The position numbers and the translations under genes were made by a program. From Candidatus Heimdallarchaeota archaeon (GTDB taxonomy: Archaea; Asgardarchaeota; Heimdallarchaeia; JABLTI01): a stretch of DNA of 32,000 nucleotides. The stretch covers positions 141,056 to 173,055 of the forward strand of contig JAUWKS010000001.1 in the NCBI GenBank assembly GCA_030614005.1, written 5' to 3'. Positions 1-8,058 of the stretch are shown here, in pieces (the stretch's first letter is position 1; each line of letters starts with the position of its first letter). The notes under the pieces were generated by a model. That model saw only the letters and a list, made by a program, of their open reading frames with translations. It was not told the origin of the DNA and did not search any database.

Positions 1-1
1 A

Positions 2-886
2 ATAAATGTAGGTGGAAGTTTAAACGCTCACAAGGATATTCAATGTGCTGAAGTTTCAGTAGGTGGTTCAATAACCATTGGAGGCAATGCTGCAATTGAA
101 ACAGCAGGTGCTGGTGGAACCATTAAAATTGCAGGCAGTAGCAACATCGGATCGATTAAAGTTGGTGGAAGCGTAACTCTTGAAGGAACAACTGAACTCG
201 ATAGCTTACGAGTTGGTGGAACTGGTAGAGTTAGTGGTGGCAAAATCGGGAAAGTCCGAATTGGTGGTTCATTCAAAGCATCTGAACCAATTGAAGTTGA
301 ATCAATTGATGTAGGTGGCACAACTAAATTAGAAAGTGATGCTAAAGTTGGTGTAGTAAGTGTTGGTGGTACCTTTAAAACAGGCGCAAACCTCGAATTT
401 GACACTATCAACGTAGGTGGAACTGTCTCAATTGGAGGAGATGCCACTGGAAAGAATCTATCTGTTGGTGGAGCTTTGAGCGCATCCGGAAACATGAAAG
501 TAGAAGGCAAAGTTTCTGTTGGTGGCACAATTAAAATTGAAGGTACTATTTTTGCAGATGAAATCTCTGTTGGAGGAACATTCCGCTCACAATTCGCTAA
601 AGCCAAATATTTCAAAATTGGTCGAAGAGGTGATGTCTATGGACCGGTACAAGCTGATAAATTGATTATCTCTGAAAGATCAAATGCAGAAGATCTCTTT
701 GGTGGAGAAATAATCATTGAGGAACGAGCAAGAGTAAGAAATGTATACGGCGAATCAATCTTCATTGAAAATAAAGCAAGAATTTCTGGCGATGTTGAGT
801 ATACTGATGATCTTTCTGTAGAAAGTGGAGCAGAACTCAAGAGAGAACCAAAGAAAGTCAAATCAATTAACTATCCAGATTATTAG
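2..886 (+). CDS. Bactofilin-like / polymer-forming cytoskeletal beta-helix repeat protein (5'-partial, at least 294 aa)
   Basis: The frame is open from nt 2 to TAG at 884-886; the ORF track shows only 476..886. Manual translation gives 12 tandem 16-18 aa repeats with a [VIA]GG[STA] core (INVGGSLNAHKDIQCAE, VSVGGSITIGGNAAIET, ... ISVGGTFRSQFAKAKY), then a bactofilin-like tail (ARISGDVEYTDDLSVESGA). Confidence 0.8.
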   Translation: MNVGGSLNAHKDIQCAEVSVGGSITIGGNAAIETAGAGGTIKIAGSSNIGSIKVGGSVTLEGTTELDSLRVGGTGRVSGGKIGKVRIGGSFKASEPIEVESIDVGGTTKLESDAKVGVVSVGGTFKTGANLEFDTINVGGTVSIGGDATGKNLSVGGALSASGNMKVEGKVSVGGTIKIEGTIFADEISVGGTFRSQFAKAKYFKIGRRGDVYGPVQADKLIISERSNAEDLFGGEIIIEERARVRNVYGESIFIENKARISGDVEYTDDLSVESGAELKREPKKVKSINYPDY

Positions 887-903
887 TCTAGATCCTTTTG
901 GTT

Positions 904-1365
904 TCAGCAGATAATGTTGAAGCCAAAACTATTTTTTTTAATCATCGGGATTAATTTTTTTGCATAATAGATTATACCTTCAATGTGATTGTATCCAATA
1001 TTCTCAAAGAGTTTTACTGAGGCGATATTACTACTTTCAATTAAAGCAGAAAAAACAGTAATGCCTTCTTCTTTCAAAGATTCTTCTGATGCAATTAAAA
1101 GCTTCTTTGCAATTCCTTTTCTCCTTAGCTGGGAATTGACTGCCATTCTATTTATCCAACCTTTTCGCGAATCATTGGTAACAATAACTGCGCCAACAAT
1201 TTCTCCAGAAGTATCCTCAGCAACGAGAATCCACATATTGGATTGCTGCATTTGTTTCTCAAGGTTTTCGGGTTTATCACGTCCATTTGGTTTCATTGGT
1301 AAATCCGTTTTTCCCCATAAAGAAATTAAAGAAGGAATATCATCTTTAGTTGCTCTTCTAATCAT
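904..1365 (-). CDS. GNAT family N-acetyltransferase
   Basis: Motif A RMAVNSQLRRKGIAKKLL and C-terminal NIASVKLFENIGY. The C-terminus may be altered by a homopolymer indel at 955-961. Confidence 0.9.
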   Translation of the reverse strand: MIRRATKDDIPSLISLWGKTDLPMKPNGRDKPENLEKQMQQSNMWILVAEDTSGEIVGAVIVTNDSRKGWINRMAVNSQLRRKGIAKKLLIASEESLKEEGITVFSALIESSNIASVKLFENIGYNHIEGIIYYAKKLIPMIKKNSFGFNIIC

Positions 1366-1407
1366 AGTACTTTGTTAGAAGATAATTTCAATAAATAAAA
1401 TTCACTA

Positions 1408-3534
1408 TTACTTTATATTCATTTGAGTTAGAAGATCTTTAATCTTGTCTTCTAATTGTGTAGTGAACTCAGAAATAACAATTGGCACTTCCGCCACACG
1501 TTCAGCAATTACATTTGCCCATAATCTGATTTCAGCTGTCGCTTCTGTTGCGATAACTGCTACTAAACCATTTTTGATTGGTTGAACAACAATCCAGAAC
1601 TCATCATAGAGAACTTCTCGCAGTCGCCCTTTGTCTCGTCCTTCAATTATACTCTCAGAAAGATGATTGATAGCAGTAAGTAGTCCTGAGAGAATTAGTT
1701 GATTTGTTTTCACACTATCTCGAAGTTTTGAGAGTATTGGCACTCCACTTTCTGATATAATTAGTAATCCAATAATTTCCGAATCAATTTGTTTCCGGTC
1801 CATTAATTTGAAAGATAGAATTGACTTTAGCTGTGGAGATACATATTTAAAAATACTATTTGTATCAAGAACCAATTGACCTTCGTCTTTTGCCTTATTG
1901 ATTCCTTGTTCAATATTAGTTAGGTCTTGCTTCCAGACATCATAATCAATCTCATTCATTATTTCTTTCGCTTGATCCAAGTCCTCTTGTGCTTTCTCGT
2001 AGAGACCTTTTGCTGCACATAAGATACTACTAATAGTAAGGCCCATAGCTAAAATTTGATTATGTTGATTTTCTTGTGCAAATTTAATGGCTATTTCTAT
2101 GTGATTTAGTGCCATATTCAATGTTGTTGTTTCTGTTTTTAAACGATATTTCTGAAGATAGACTGCAGTAAGCTGAATATTGCTCGAGAGGATTAAACCA
2201 TACTCCTTAGATTGGTTTGCCAATTCTAATGCTTGATGAAAATGCCTAATTGCATTTGAGAAATTTAGATCAAGCAACTCGGAATATCCTAGGAGGTAAG
2301 TTAATTGAGCATTTACTGAAAGAATCTCAAGCTCTTTTGCTAGAGATTGTAATTCACCGAGATATTGTTGAGCTTTGTCAGTTTGTTCAGATCGCAGATA
2401 AAAATGTATTAACTCAAACATTATGAATGCTTTAAACATAGATTTTTCTTTTCGCTGAATTTCATAGGCATGAAGAAAAGACTCCTCTGCTCGGGAGTCA
2501 CCAACGACATAGTAGATATTACCCATCTCTGTTAAATAGAGATATGGCCATTCGCCAGTTGATTCCTTATAGAGTGCGATTGCGCGTTCCATCATTTCTT
2601 TAGCTTTCATAATTTGCCCGGTTTCAAAATAAACTTCGGCAAGATTGCCTATTGCAATTGAAAGGCGATAATTATCATGAACATTATCGTATTCGTTCAT
2701 TAAATCTTCAAAACATTTTATTCCTTCTTCATTTTTACCAAAATAAGATACAATTGCACCTTTCAAATTTAGAAAATCAGTGTACGATTGGTAGATTCTA
2801 TTTTTTAGTACATACGGTTCAACAAAATTCATCATTTCTTCGATATTTGCTTCAACACCTGAGTGGAGCATCCACCAAATGCAATTTGTGGAGGCATCCT
2901 CTAATCCACGACTTTCTATTAAGTTATCAACTTGTGGTAAGCGTGCATTGATGTACTTGTATCCTTCTTTGAGAACTGCTATATTTCCTTGTTGACCATA
3001 AACCCAAGTACGAAGAGCAACCACATAAGCTTTCATTTCTAATGTAAAATCATTTCTTTTCTCAACAACTTGTGCAAGCTGATCCACAGTCTCTCGAGTC
3101 TCTTTATAGTTCGTTGGATTTTCATTGAAATAAGTAAGAAACATATCTATGTAAGGATGATCAATTTGTTTTAGCAGTACCTTATATTTGTCTGTTGCTT
3201 TCATTTTTTGAGTTAAATAACAACTCAGCGAAGCAATTTGAAATGCTATCTGTTTTGTAGCAATCAATTCAGATTCGATAAAAGTAGTTTTCTCTTTAGA
3301 TTTCTTCTTTCCCTTAATCCTTGAAAAGAGTCCTTTACCAGAAACATCTATTTTCATTGTAAGAAGTTTCTCTAGTTCTTGCAGTTCTTTTAATACTTCT
3401 TCTAAAACAACAATGGTACCTTTTTGTAAACGGTCGTTTGGATTTTGATCAGTCTGATGCAAAATAGCAGCTCTTAATCTATCTCTCGTATCCATCGGCA
3501 AACGATTTATGAAAGTCTCAAAGAGCTTCTTCAT
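1408..3534 (-). CDS. TPR-repeat protein with C-terminal longin/roadblock-like domain
   Basis: TPR-like helical repeats (AIGNLAEVYFETGQIMKAKEMMERAIAL; LLGYSELLDLNFSNAIRHFHQALELA). The last ~120 aa (IIGLLIISESGVPI...LILSGLLTAINHLSESI...LREVLYDEFWIVVQP...GLVAVIATE) follow a longin-like beta-beta-alpha-beta-beta-beta-alpha pattern. Confidence 0.75.
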   Translation of the reverse strand: MKKLFETFINRLPMDTRDRLRAAILHQTDQNPNDRLQKGTIVVLEEVLKELQELEKLLTMKIDVSGKGLFSRIKGKKKSKEKTTFIESELIATKQIAFQIASLSCYLTQKMKATDKYKVLLKQIDHPYIDMFLTYFNENPTNYKETRETVDQLAQVVEKRNDFTLEMKAYVVALRTWVYGQQGNIAVLKEGYKYINARLPQVDNLIESRGLEDASTNCIWWMLHSGVEANIEEMMNFVEPYVLKNRIYQSYTDFLNLKGAIVSYFGKNEEGIKCFEDLMNEYDNVHDNYRLSIAIGNLAEVYFETGQIMKAKEMMERAIALYKESTGEWPYLYLTEMGNIYYVVGDSRAEESFLHAYEIQRKEKSMFKAFIMFELIHFYLRSEQTDKAQQYLGELQSLAKELEILSVNAQLTYLLGYSELLDLNFSNAIRHFHQALELANQSKEYGLILSSNIQLTAVYLQKYRLKTETTTLNMALNHIEIAIKFAQENQHNQILAMGLTISSILCAAKGLYEKAQEDLDQAKEIMNEIDYDVWKQDLTNIEQGINKAKDEGQLVLDTNSIFKYVSPQLKSILSFKLMDRKQIDSEIIGLLIISESGVPILSKLRDSVKTNQLILSGLLTAINHLSESIIEGRDKGRLREVLYDEFWIVVQPIKNGLVAVIATEATAEIRLWANVIAERVAEVPIVISEFTTQLEDKIKDLLTQMNIK

Positions 3535-3623
3535 TGCAAGAGTTCTTAGTTATTCGCTATTATATTACTTTTTAAGTATGCATATAATGAAAATAGTGAT
3601 AATTTTTTCATTATTGTATCAAA

Positions 3624-3638
3624 GGACAATTTATAAAA
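3624..3638 (+). promoter_or_regulatory. Candidate archaeal BRE/TATA promoter for the M42 peptidase gene
   Basis: A purine-rich stretch is followed by TTTATAAA (3630-3637), about 70 nt upstream of the start codon. The AT-rich context weakens this call. Confidence 0.3.
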
Positions 3639-3712
3639 ATTTCTTGAATATTCAATAGATTTTTAAAATGTTCTTCATTGTAGAAGTACAGAAATAAATA
3701 GGTGTGTATTCA

Positions 3713-4840
3713 TTGAAACTAGACATTGAAACAATTGAGAAATGGACAAACGCTTTTGGTCCATCGGGTTTTGAGCAAGAGATTGCTAAAATGGTTAAAA
3801 AGTACATTAGCCCATTTGCAGATGAAGTTATTCAAGATCGAACAGGTTCAGTTATTTTCAAGAAAGGAGATAAAGGACCAAAAATTATGCTTGCAGGACA
3901 TATCGATGAAATTGGTTTCATTGTTGCAGGTATAAGCAAAGATGGTTTTATAGCCTTCAATCCATTGGGTGGCTGGTGGGATCAAGTTTTACTTAGTCAA
4001 AGAGTTATTATTAGAGTAAGAGATGGAACAAAAATCAAAGGTATCATTTGCTCTAAACCACCCCATATTCTGAAACCAGAAGAGAGAAACAAAGTAGTTG
4101 CTAAAGATGATATGTTCATCGATGTTGGTTGTAAGAGTAAGAAAGAGGTCGAATTACTAGGAATACAAATTGGCGATCCTATGATTCCAGACAGTCTTTT
4201 TGAGTTAATCAAAAGAACACAATTTATCAAAAACGAAAAGACAGGAGAAGAAGAAGAAAAGAAAGTCAATTTAGCAATTGCTAAAGCGTTTGATGATCGT
4301 ATTGGAGTAATAATTATTGCTGAAGTTTTTAAAAGACTAAAAGAAGAAAAGATTACTCACCCAAATCAATTATATGGTGTTGCTACAACCCAAGAAGAAG
4401 TTGGCCTTCGTGGTGCTCGAACTTCAGCTCAATTAATCCAACCTGATATCGGTTTTGCATTAGATGTTGATATTTCTGGTGATGTCCCAGGAGTAAACAA
4501 AATGCGTGTCCCGGCTGAAATGTCGAAAGGACCTTCTATTCTAACTGCAGATGGTTCAATGCTCCCTAATCCACGCTTAAAACATTTTGTTCTAGATATT
4601 GCCAAGAAACATGGCATTGATACTCAATTGTCAATTATAGTAAGAGGAGGAACAGATGCGGGAGCAATCCACCTTACTGGTGTTGGAGCTCCAAGTTTAG
4701 CAATCTGTATTCCAACAAGACATATTCATTCTCATAGTGGTATTTTGGATCTCGCAGACGTAGAGAAATGTATTGTGCTTCTTATAGAAGTAATTAAAAA
4801 ATTAGATCAAAAAACAATTGATTCTTTTACTAAAATCTAA
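3713..4840 (+). CDS. M42 family (TET-like) metalloaminopeptidase
   Basis: Metal-ligand motifs GHIDEIG, AFDDR, QEEVGLRGA, ALDVD and HIHS are present. TTG at 3713 follows an AGGTG RBS; GTG at 3704 is an alternative start. Confidence 0.93.
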   Translation: MKLDIETIEKWTNAFGPSGFEQEIAKMVKKYISPFADEVIQDRTGSVIFKKGDKGPKIMLAGHIDEIGFIVAGISKDGFIAFNPLGGWWDQVLLSQRVIIRVRDGTKIKGIICSKPPHILKPEERNKVVAKDDMFIDVGCKSKKEVELLGIQIGDPMIPDSLFELIKRTQFIKNEKTGEEEEKKVNLAIAKAFDDRIGVIIIAEVFKRLKEEKITHPNQLYGVATTQEEVGLRGARTSAQLIQPDIGFALDVDISGDVPGVNKMRVPAEMSKGPSILTADGSMLPNPRLKHFVLDIAKKHGIDTQLSIIVRGGTDAGAIHLTGVGAPSLAICIPTRHIHSHSGILDLADVEKCIVLLIEVIKKLDQKTIDSFTKI

Positions 4841-4945
4841 TTTTATTAACTTTTAAGATGGTTGTAACCATCTTACTTTCCATTTTTTGCCAATTCATTA
4901 AACTAAACCAAAACATTAAAAATTGATTGAATGTTTAACTGAATC

Positions 4946-6343
4946 ATGCCGGAGGACAGTTCCAATCCTAAGAAAGAGAAATTTTACTCGAGATTAAATG
5001 GTAGTGGAACGCATAAAGGGATTTTAATCAATATACTGATAGTTAATTTCTTTTACAGAATCTTCGGGGAAGGGTTCCGAGTTTTATTGATACCTTTTGC
5101 AGAAGATATAATGGACTGGTCTGATTATGAATACGGATTGATCCTTGCTATTGGAGGATATGCAGCAATGGCTGTTGTATTTCTCTTAGGTATCGTCGTA
5201 GATATACAATTTAAGCGAACAACTATGGTCATTGGATTAATTTGCACAATTGCTTCTGCAGTTGTTTTTACTCGAGTCTCACTTTTAGCTTTGTCAATTG
5301 TTTTCTATGCACTCTTTGCAATTGGGCAGCAATTGATGATGATTTCTACGAATACGTTCATAGCAAATGAAACTAAAAAAGGACAAGATCGTACAAGAGG
5401 TTTTACTGCCAATCAAACAACACGTGGAGTAGCTAATGCTATAGCTCCCCTTATTTCTATGTACATGTTAACGATCCCAGGAATAAATTTTGATTGGGCA
5501 TTTACAATAATGGCTGGATTTGCAGTTGTAGCTTTAATACTAATTTTCACTTTGAAATTAGTTGTAGAAGATAGCCCAAAAGCTGAAATCGAATATGCTG
5601 AAAAACTATCTGAAGACAGTCAAGATGAATTCACTCAATTTTCGGATAAAAAAGAAGATAAAAAGTCTATCTTAGGTGTGCAAGTTAGTTTTGGTCTCGG
5701 GAGAATGCTCATGGGTTTTACAAGTGGTATTGCAATACCATTTGTTGGGTGGTATATTTATGAAAGATTTTTGTCCGGTGTTTACGTCAATGCAACAGAA
5801 ATGTGGGGTTGGTTAAATTGTATCTTTTGGATCGTTCTTACTTTCGGATATGTTCTAATGGGGTTATTCGCAGAAAAAATAGGTAAAGAAATTATTATTG
5901 TTATATCTTGGGCATTAGTTATTCCTGCTGCAGTAGGTATTATGTTAGCTAATACTTTCTACGTTGCAGCAGCATTCTATATCATACGAGCATTTTTTGC
6001 TATGTGTCCAAGTGCTGCATGGAACAGTTTCATGTATGAATGGATTGCACCGAAACATCGAGGTAAAACTTTGGGTCTATTACAAACAGGTCAACGTGGT
6101 ATGCGTGCAACTGGAACTCTCATAGGAGGATTAGCATTCGCGTCTTTAGGAACCATTCTCTTTCCAATTGCTATGACTGCCTATCCTATTGCCGGATTAA
6201 TACCATTGATTCAAAGTAAAATTGTAAAGAAAAGGTTAGCAAAACAAAAAGAATTTGATAAAGCAACAAGTGAAGAAGAGGAAAATGTAGTTGAAGAGGA
6301 TTCATTTAGGGTAAATAATTTAGATCCTTTACTTCACAATTAA
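4946..6343 (+). CDS. Major facilitator superfamily transporter
   Basis: About 12 hydrophobic segments in two halves joined by a charged central loop, with a degenerate motif A (GLFAEKIGKE) and EWIAPKHRGKTLG. Confidence 0.88.
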   Translation: MPEDSSNPKKEKFYSRLNGSGTHKGILINILIVNFFYRIFGEGFRVLLIPFAEDIMDWSDYEYGLILAIGGYAAMAVVFLLGIVVDIQFKRTTMVIGLICTIASAVVFTRVSLLALSIVFYALFAIGQQLMMISTNTFIANETKKGQDRTRGFTANQTTRGVANAIAPLISMYMLTIPGINFDWAFTIMAGFAVVALILIFTLKLVVEDSPKAEIEYAEKLSEDSQDEFTQFSDKKEDKKSILGVQVSFGLGRMLMGFTSGIAIPFVGWYIYERFLSGVYVNATEMWGWLNCIFWIVLTFGYVLMGLFAEKIGKEIIIVISWALVIPAAVGIMLANTFYVAAAFYIIRAFFAMCPSAAWNSFMYEWIAPKHRGKTLGLLQTGQRGMRATGTLIGGLAFASLGTILFPIAMTAYPIAGLIPLIQSKIVKKRLAKQKEFDKATSEEEENVVEEDSFRVNNLDPLLHN

Positions 6344-6472
6344 TTAACTGCTCTGAGTTTCTTCCACAGATTTGGGTTCAATGATCCTTTGAATATTATT
6401 TACTTTACAAACTATTTTATAACACAGTATTATATTGTTATTATAGACAATAAATTCCGAGTGGAAGAATTA

Positions 6473-6802
6473 ATGACAGAATTAAAAGTCGAAGAAATCA
6501 AAGAAGGCTCAGGTCCAACTCCTAAAAAAGGAGATAAGATCTCAGTCCATTACACAGGCTGGTTAACGAACGGTAAGAAATTTGATAGCTCCGTTGACCG
6601 AAAAGAACCTCTAGAATTTCAAATTGGTGTGGGTCAAGTAATTAAGGGATGGGACCAAGGAGTCATCACCATGAAAGTTGGTGGCAAAAGAAAATTAACT
6701 ATTCCACCTCATTTAGCTTACGGAAACAAAAATATAGGGAATGGACTAATTCCTCCAAACTCGACGCTCATCTTTGAAGTTGAATTATTGAAAGTCAAAT
6801 AG
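6473..6802 (+). CDS. FKBP-type peptidyl-prolyl cis-trans isomerase, minimal FKBP12-like (109 aa)
   Basis: [26 protein letters not shown] and IPPHLAYG...[17 protein letters not shown] 6473 is preferred over the ORF-track TTG 6389 because the upstream extension is non-homologous. Confidence 0.95.
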   Translation: MTELKVEEIKEGSGPTPKKGDKISVHYTGWLTNGKKFDSSVDRKEPLEFQIGVGQVIKGWDQGVITMKVGGKRKLTIPPHLAYGNKNIGNGLIPPNSTLIFEVELLKVK

Positions 6803-6821
6803 TTCAATTTCCAAGACAAAT

Positions 6822-6832
6822 CTCTTTTTTTT
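6822..6832 (+). terminator. Oligo-T tract, candidate archaeal intrinsic terminator after FKBP
   Basis: CTCTTTTTTTT about 20 nt after the stop codon. Confidence 0.35.
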
Positions 6833-6960
6833 AACTAAACTAAATGATACTAATTTAGTATTATTTTTTTAAGACCTCAATGTATTTACGTCAAAAAAAC
6901 GTTTTTCTTTTACGGATTGACGACCGTATAATATCAAGACATTAATATACTAAGAAAGCG

Positions 6961-7056
6961 TATAAACTATTAGCGTGAAAAATGCCATTATCACGCTATT
7001 TGAAAAATGACTATCTCCTGTTTGCGTGGGGTGACTCTACTGAGCGCTTCCACGCA
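6961..7056 (+). promoter_or_regulatory. TATA-like box followed by two inverted repeats sharing GCGTG/CACGC arms
   Basis: TATAAA at 6961-6966; TAGCGTGA (6971-6978) / TCACGCTA (6991-6998); TGCGTGG (7023-7029) / CCACGCA (7050-7056) with inner GTG/CGC and CTC/GAG pairing. Confidence 0.45.
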
Positions 7057-7245
7057 CGTATTACTTCTTAAATACTAATTTCTCCTTATCTAAAGGATAC
7101 GTTGGACTTATCAAAAGATGCATCTCTTATCATACAGTTGTAACATGGAATCACAGATTATTTTTAGAATCAAAAATAGAAATCTTTGCACAAATTAAAA
7201 AAGCACTAAAAGTGTAGAGAATTCGATTTAAAGCTTGAAAGTGAT

Positions 7246-7992
7246 TTGCCTGTGTATATCGATACAAAAACCAAAAAAGCATTTTTACTAACAACATTTA
7301 TCGGCAGCCTTCTATTCTTAATATTGACAATCATTGCAATGATAGTCTATCCGGGAGGAACTTTTAATGATCCTACAGCTACCAGCTATAATTTTCTAGA
7401 GAACTACTTTAGCGATCTTGGAAGAGCACAAACCTTTCTAGGTGACTCAAATATTGTCTCGAGAATATTATTCACTTGTGCTTTAACAACAGTTGCAGTA
7501 TCTTTAATGTTTTATTTTATTACTTTACCTTCTTTCTTCAAAGAAAATAAAGTTGCAAAATGGTTCATTATAATTGGGTCAATAAATGGTTTTTTAGCAG
7601 CAATTGCTTATGCGTTAATTGGTTTTTTACCGTATGACCTATATGGTAAACTTCATACAAATATGGTTTATGTTGCGTTCTCAGCATCAATTTTAACATT
7701 GATTGTATACATCGTTGGTATTTTTCTTGAAAAAAGTTATCCCAATGCTTACGCTTGGGCATATGTAATTTTCACACTGGCCCTAGCAAGTTATTTGTAC
7801 ATATTATACGCAGGACCTAGCTCAGGTACTGATCTTGGTAGATTAATTCAAGTTGTTGGACAAAAAGTAATCGTTTATACTGAAATAATTTCCTTTGCTA
7901 TACAAGGGTTAGGTGCATGGTTTCTCCTCAGAAAATCAAAAACACCAGTAATCAATGGTGAACTACTTAAGGTGGAAATTACGAAAGAATAA
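7246..7992 (+). CDS. DUF998-like integral membrane protein
   Basis: Multiple TM segments and a YPGG...YNFLENYFSDLG motif recalled from DUF998-type proteins. GTG at 7252 is an alternative start. Confidence 0.65.
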   Translation: MPVYIDTKTKKAFLLTTFIGSLLFLILTIIAMIVYPGGTFNDPTATSYNFLENYFSDLGRAQTFLGDSNIVSRILFTCALTTVAVSLMFYFITLPSFFKENKVAKWFIIIGSINGFLAAIAYALIGFLPYDLYGKLHTNMVYVAFSASILTLIVYIVGIFLEKSYPNAYAWAYVIFTLALASYLYILYAGPSSGTDLGRLIQVVGQKVIVYTEIISFAIQGLGAWFLLRKSKTPVINGELLKVEITKE

Positions 7993-8058
7993 ATATATAC
8001 AAACATTTAAGTTTTGAAACCAATCATCAAAAACAATTGGAATAATAGAGGTCTACGC

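Noticed and set aside
40-615. 191-aa minus-strand ORF rich in PPT repeats
   Set aside because: It is the antisense shadow of the GGT-GGA-ACT repeats of the plus-strand beta-helix gene.
989-1378. 129-aa plus-strand ORF
   Set aside because: It is antisense to the GNAT gene and has no recognisable motifs.
2652-2951. 99-aa plus-strand ORF
   Set aside because: It is antisense within the TPR-longin gene and has no motifs.
7005-7022. Minus-strand ACAGGAGAT, the same RBS as at the synthase and carboxyltransferase genes
   Set aside because: No start codon at a suitable spacing and no ORF follows; treated as coincidence.
7023-7090. GGGGTG...CTGAG resembling a TPP riboswitch, and GCTCAGTAGAG (minus strand) resembling a tRNA D-arm
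   Set aside because: The downstream TPP consensus (ACCTGAT...AGCGTAGGGA) is absent, and there is no T-arm, anticodon arm or acceptor stem for a tRNA.
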